DNA from: an uncultured Acidobacteriota bacterium
GTDB taxonomy: Bacteria; Acidobacteriota; Thermoanaerobaculia; Multivoradales; UBA5704
DNA: 64,000 nt
Reading direction: 5' to 3'
Assembly (NCBI GenBank): GCA_963770895.1
Contig: CAVYRF010000001.1
Location: 896,001 to 960,000, forward strand
Positions 63,101 through 64,000 of this stretch are shown piece after piece (position 1 is the stretch's first letter; each line of letters opens with the position of its first letter). Made by a program: the position numbers and the translations under genes. The notes under the pieces were generated by a model. The model had not been told where the DNA came from. It made no database searches and saw only the letters and a list, made by a program, of their open reading frames with translations.

Positions 63101-64000
63101 CCGGGCGCTTCGCGGCGCACCCGGGGGCGGCGGTCGAGCTGACGGTGGTCTCCGACCGCCTGCACGCGGTGGACGGCGGCGACCGGCCGCACCCTGAACG
63201 GGCGGCGCTCCTGGGCACCTGCCGCGTGCTGCCGCAGGAGCTGGAGCACGTGAGCTGCCGCAGCCTCGATCTCGACGTGGCGGGTGGCGTCGAGCAGGCG
63301 GCGGCGCTCTGCCTGGCGGAGCTCGCCGCGCCGGCGGCCGAACCGGTCGTGGCGTGGCGCGGGCCGTATCGCTGGCTGCCGAGCTGGGAAGCGGTGCCGC
63401 TCGCCGACGCGGCGCCCGGCGCCGGCCTGCGGCCGGGGGGCGTCTACGTGGTGACCGGCGGCCTGGGCGGCGTCGGCCTGGAAGTGGCGGAGCTGCTCGC
63501 CGCCGGCGGCGCCCGGCTGGTGCTCGTCGGCCGCACGCCGTTGCCGCCGCGCGAGACCTGGGACGCCTGGCTCCCAGCCCATCCCGCCGGCGACGCGACG
63601 AGCGCCCGCATCCGCCGCCTGCAGGCGATCGAGGCGCGGGGCACCGCGCTCCTCCTCGCCGCCGGCGACGTCACCGACCGCGGGCAGATGGCGGCGGTGC
63701 GCGACGCGGCGCGGCAGCGCTTCGGCGCCGTGCACGGTGTTTTCCATGCCGCCGGGATCGCCGGCGGCGGGCTTCTGGCGACACGCACGCGCGAGCAGGC
63801 GGCGGCGGTCCTGGCGCCCAAGGTCGCCGGCACGCGGGTGGTGGCCGAAGTGTTCGGCGCCGTTGCCGGGGAGGCCGGGGAGGCCGGAGCCCTCGACCTC
63901 CTGGTCCTCTTCTCGTCGCTCAACGCGCTCACCGGCGGCATCGGGCAGGCCGACTACGCCGCGGCCAACGCCTTCCAGGACGCGTTTGCGGCGGCAGCCG
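60181..64000 (+). CDS. Type I PKS module KS-AT(inactive)-KR, 3'-truncated by the window; absent from the ORF track
   Basis: GTG 60181 overlaps the NRPS stop. AIAVVGMSGRFPGA, hybrid-KS signatures NDKD and VQSACSTS (Cys 60724), HGTGT, KSNLGH, FGIGGTNAH. AT with GYDGG at 62137; LPTYPFERQRY; KR TGGLGGVG, HAAG, FSS and QADYAAAN. Confidence 0.95.

Overview
Very GC-rich bacterial DNA. The gene repertoire (giant NRPS genes, SBBP and BNR-repeat surface proteins, an LxLHRETL-leader precursor peptide) suggests an Acidobacteriota-like soil organism; this is inference only. The window has three blocks. (1) 1-22665 is the 3' part of a giant NRPS with an unusual layout: A-T-C-A-T-C-A-T-C-[collapsed A remnant]-[docking-like helix]-TE-A-T-C-A-T-C-A-T-C-A-T. 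An apparently intact thioesterase sits mid-protein, followed by four more modules and no terminal release domain. (2) 22.7-43.1 kb is an accessory region: lipoprotein, TAP-like hydrolase, ArsR plus SRPBCC-GyrI, BNR and SBBP repeat proteins, an orphan Cys/Ser/Thr-rich RiPP-like precursor, a small Cys-rich secreted peptide, DUF418, a frameshifted hydrolase, a MarR-membrane protein-MFS operon, a Tat ferritin-like protein and a CxxCH protein/membrane protein pair. (3) 43.3-64 kb is the start of a hybrid NRPS-PKS cluster: free-standing acyltransferase, A-T starter, a 4-module NRPS broken by a one-base homopolymer frameshift, and a KS-AT(dead)-KR PKS running off the window and absent from the ORF track. 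The most notable signals are the dead embedded AT paired with an intact, excised cis-type AT gene (a possible cis-to-trans-AT intermediate), the internal-TE NRPS, and the orphan lanthipeptide-like precursor. Domain boundaries and A-domain codes were read by eye and are approximate. Several frameshifts at G-runs suggest long-read indel errors.
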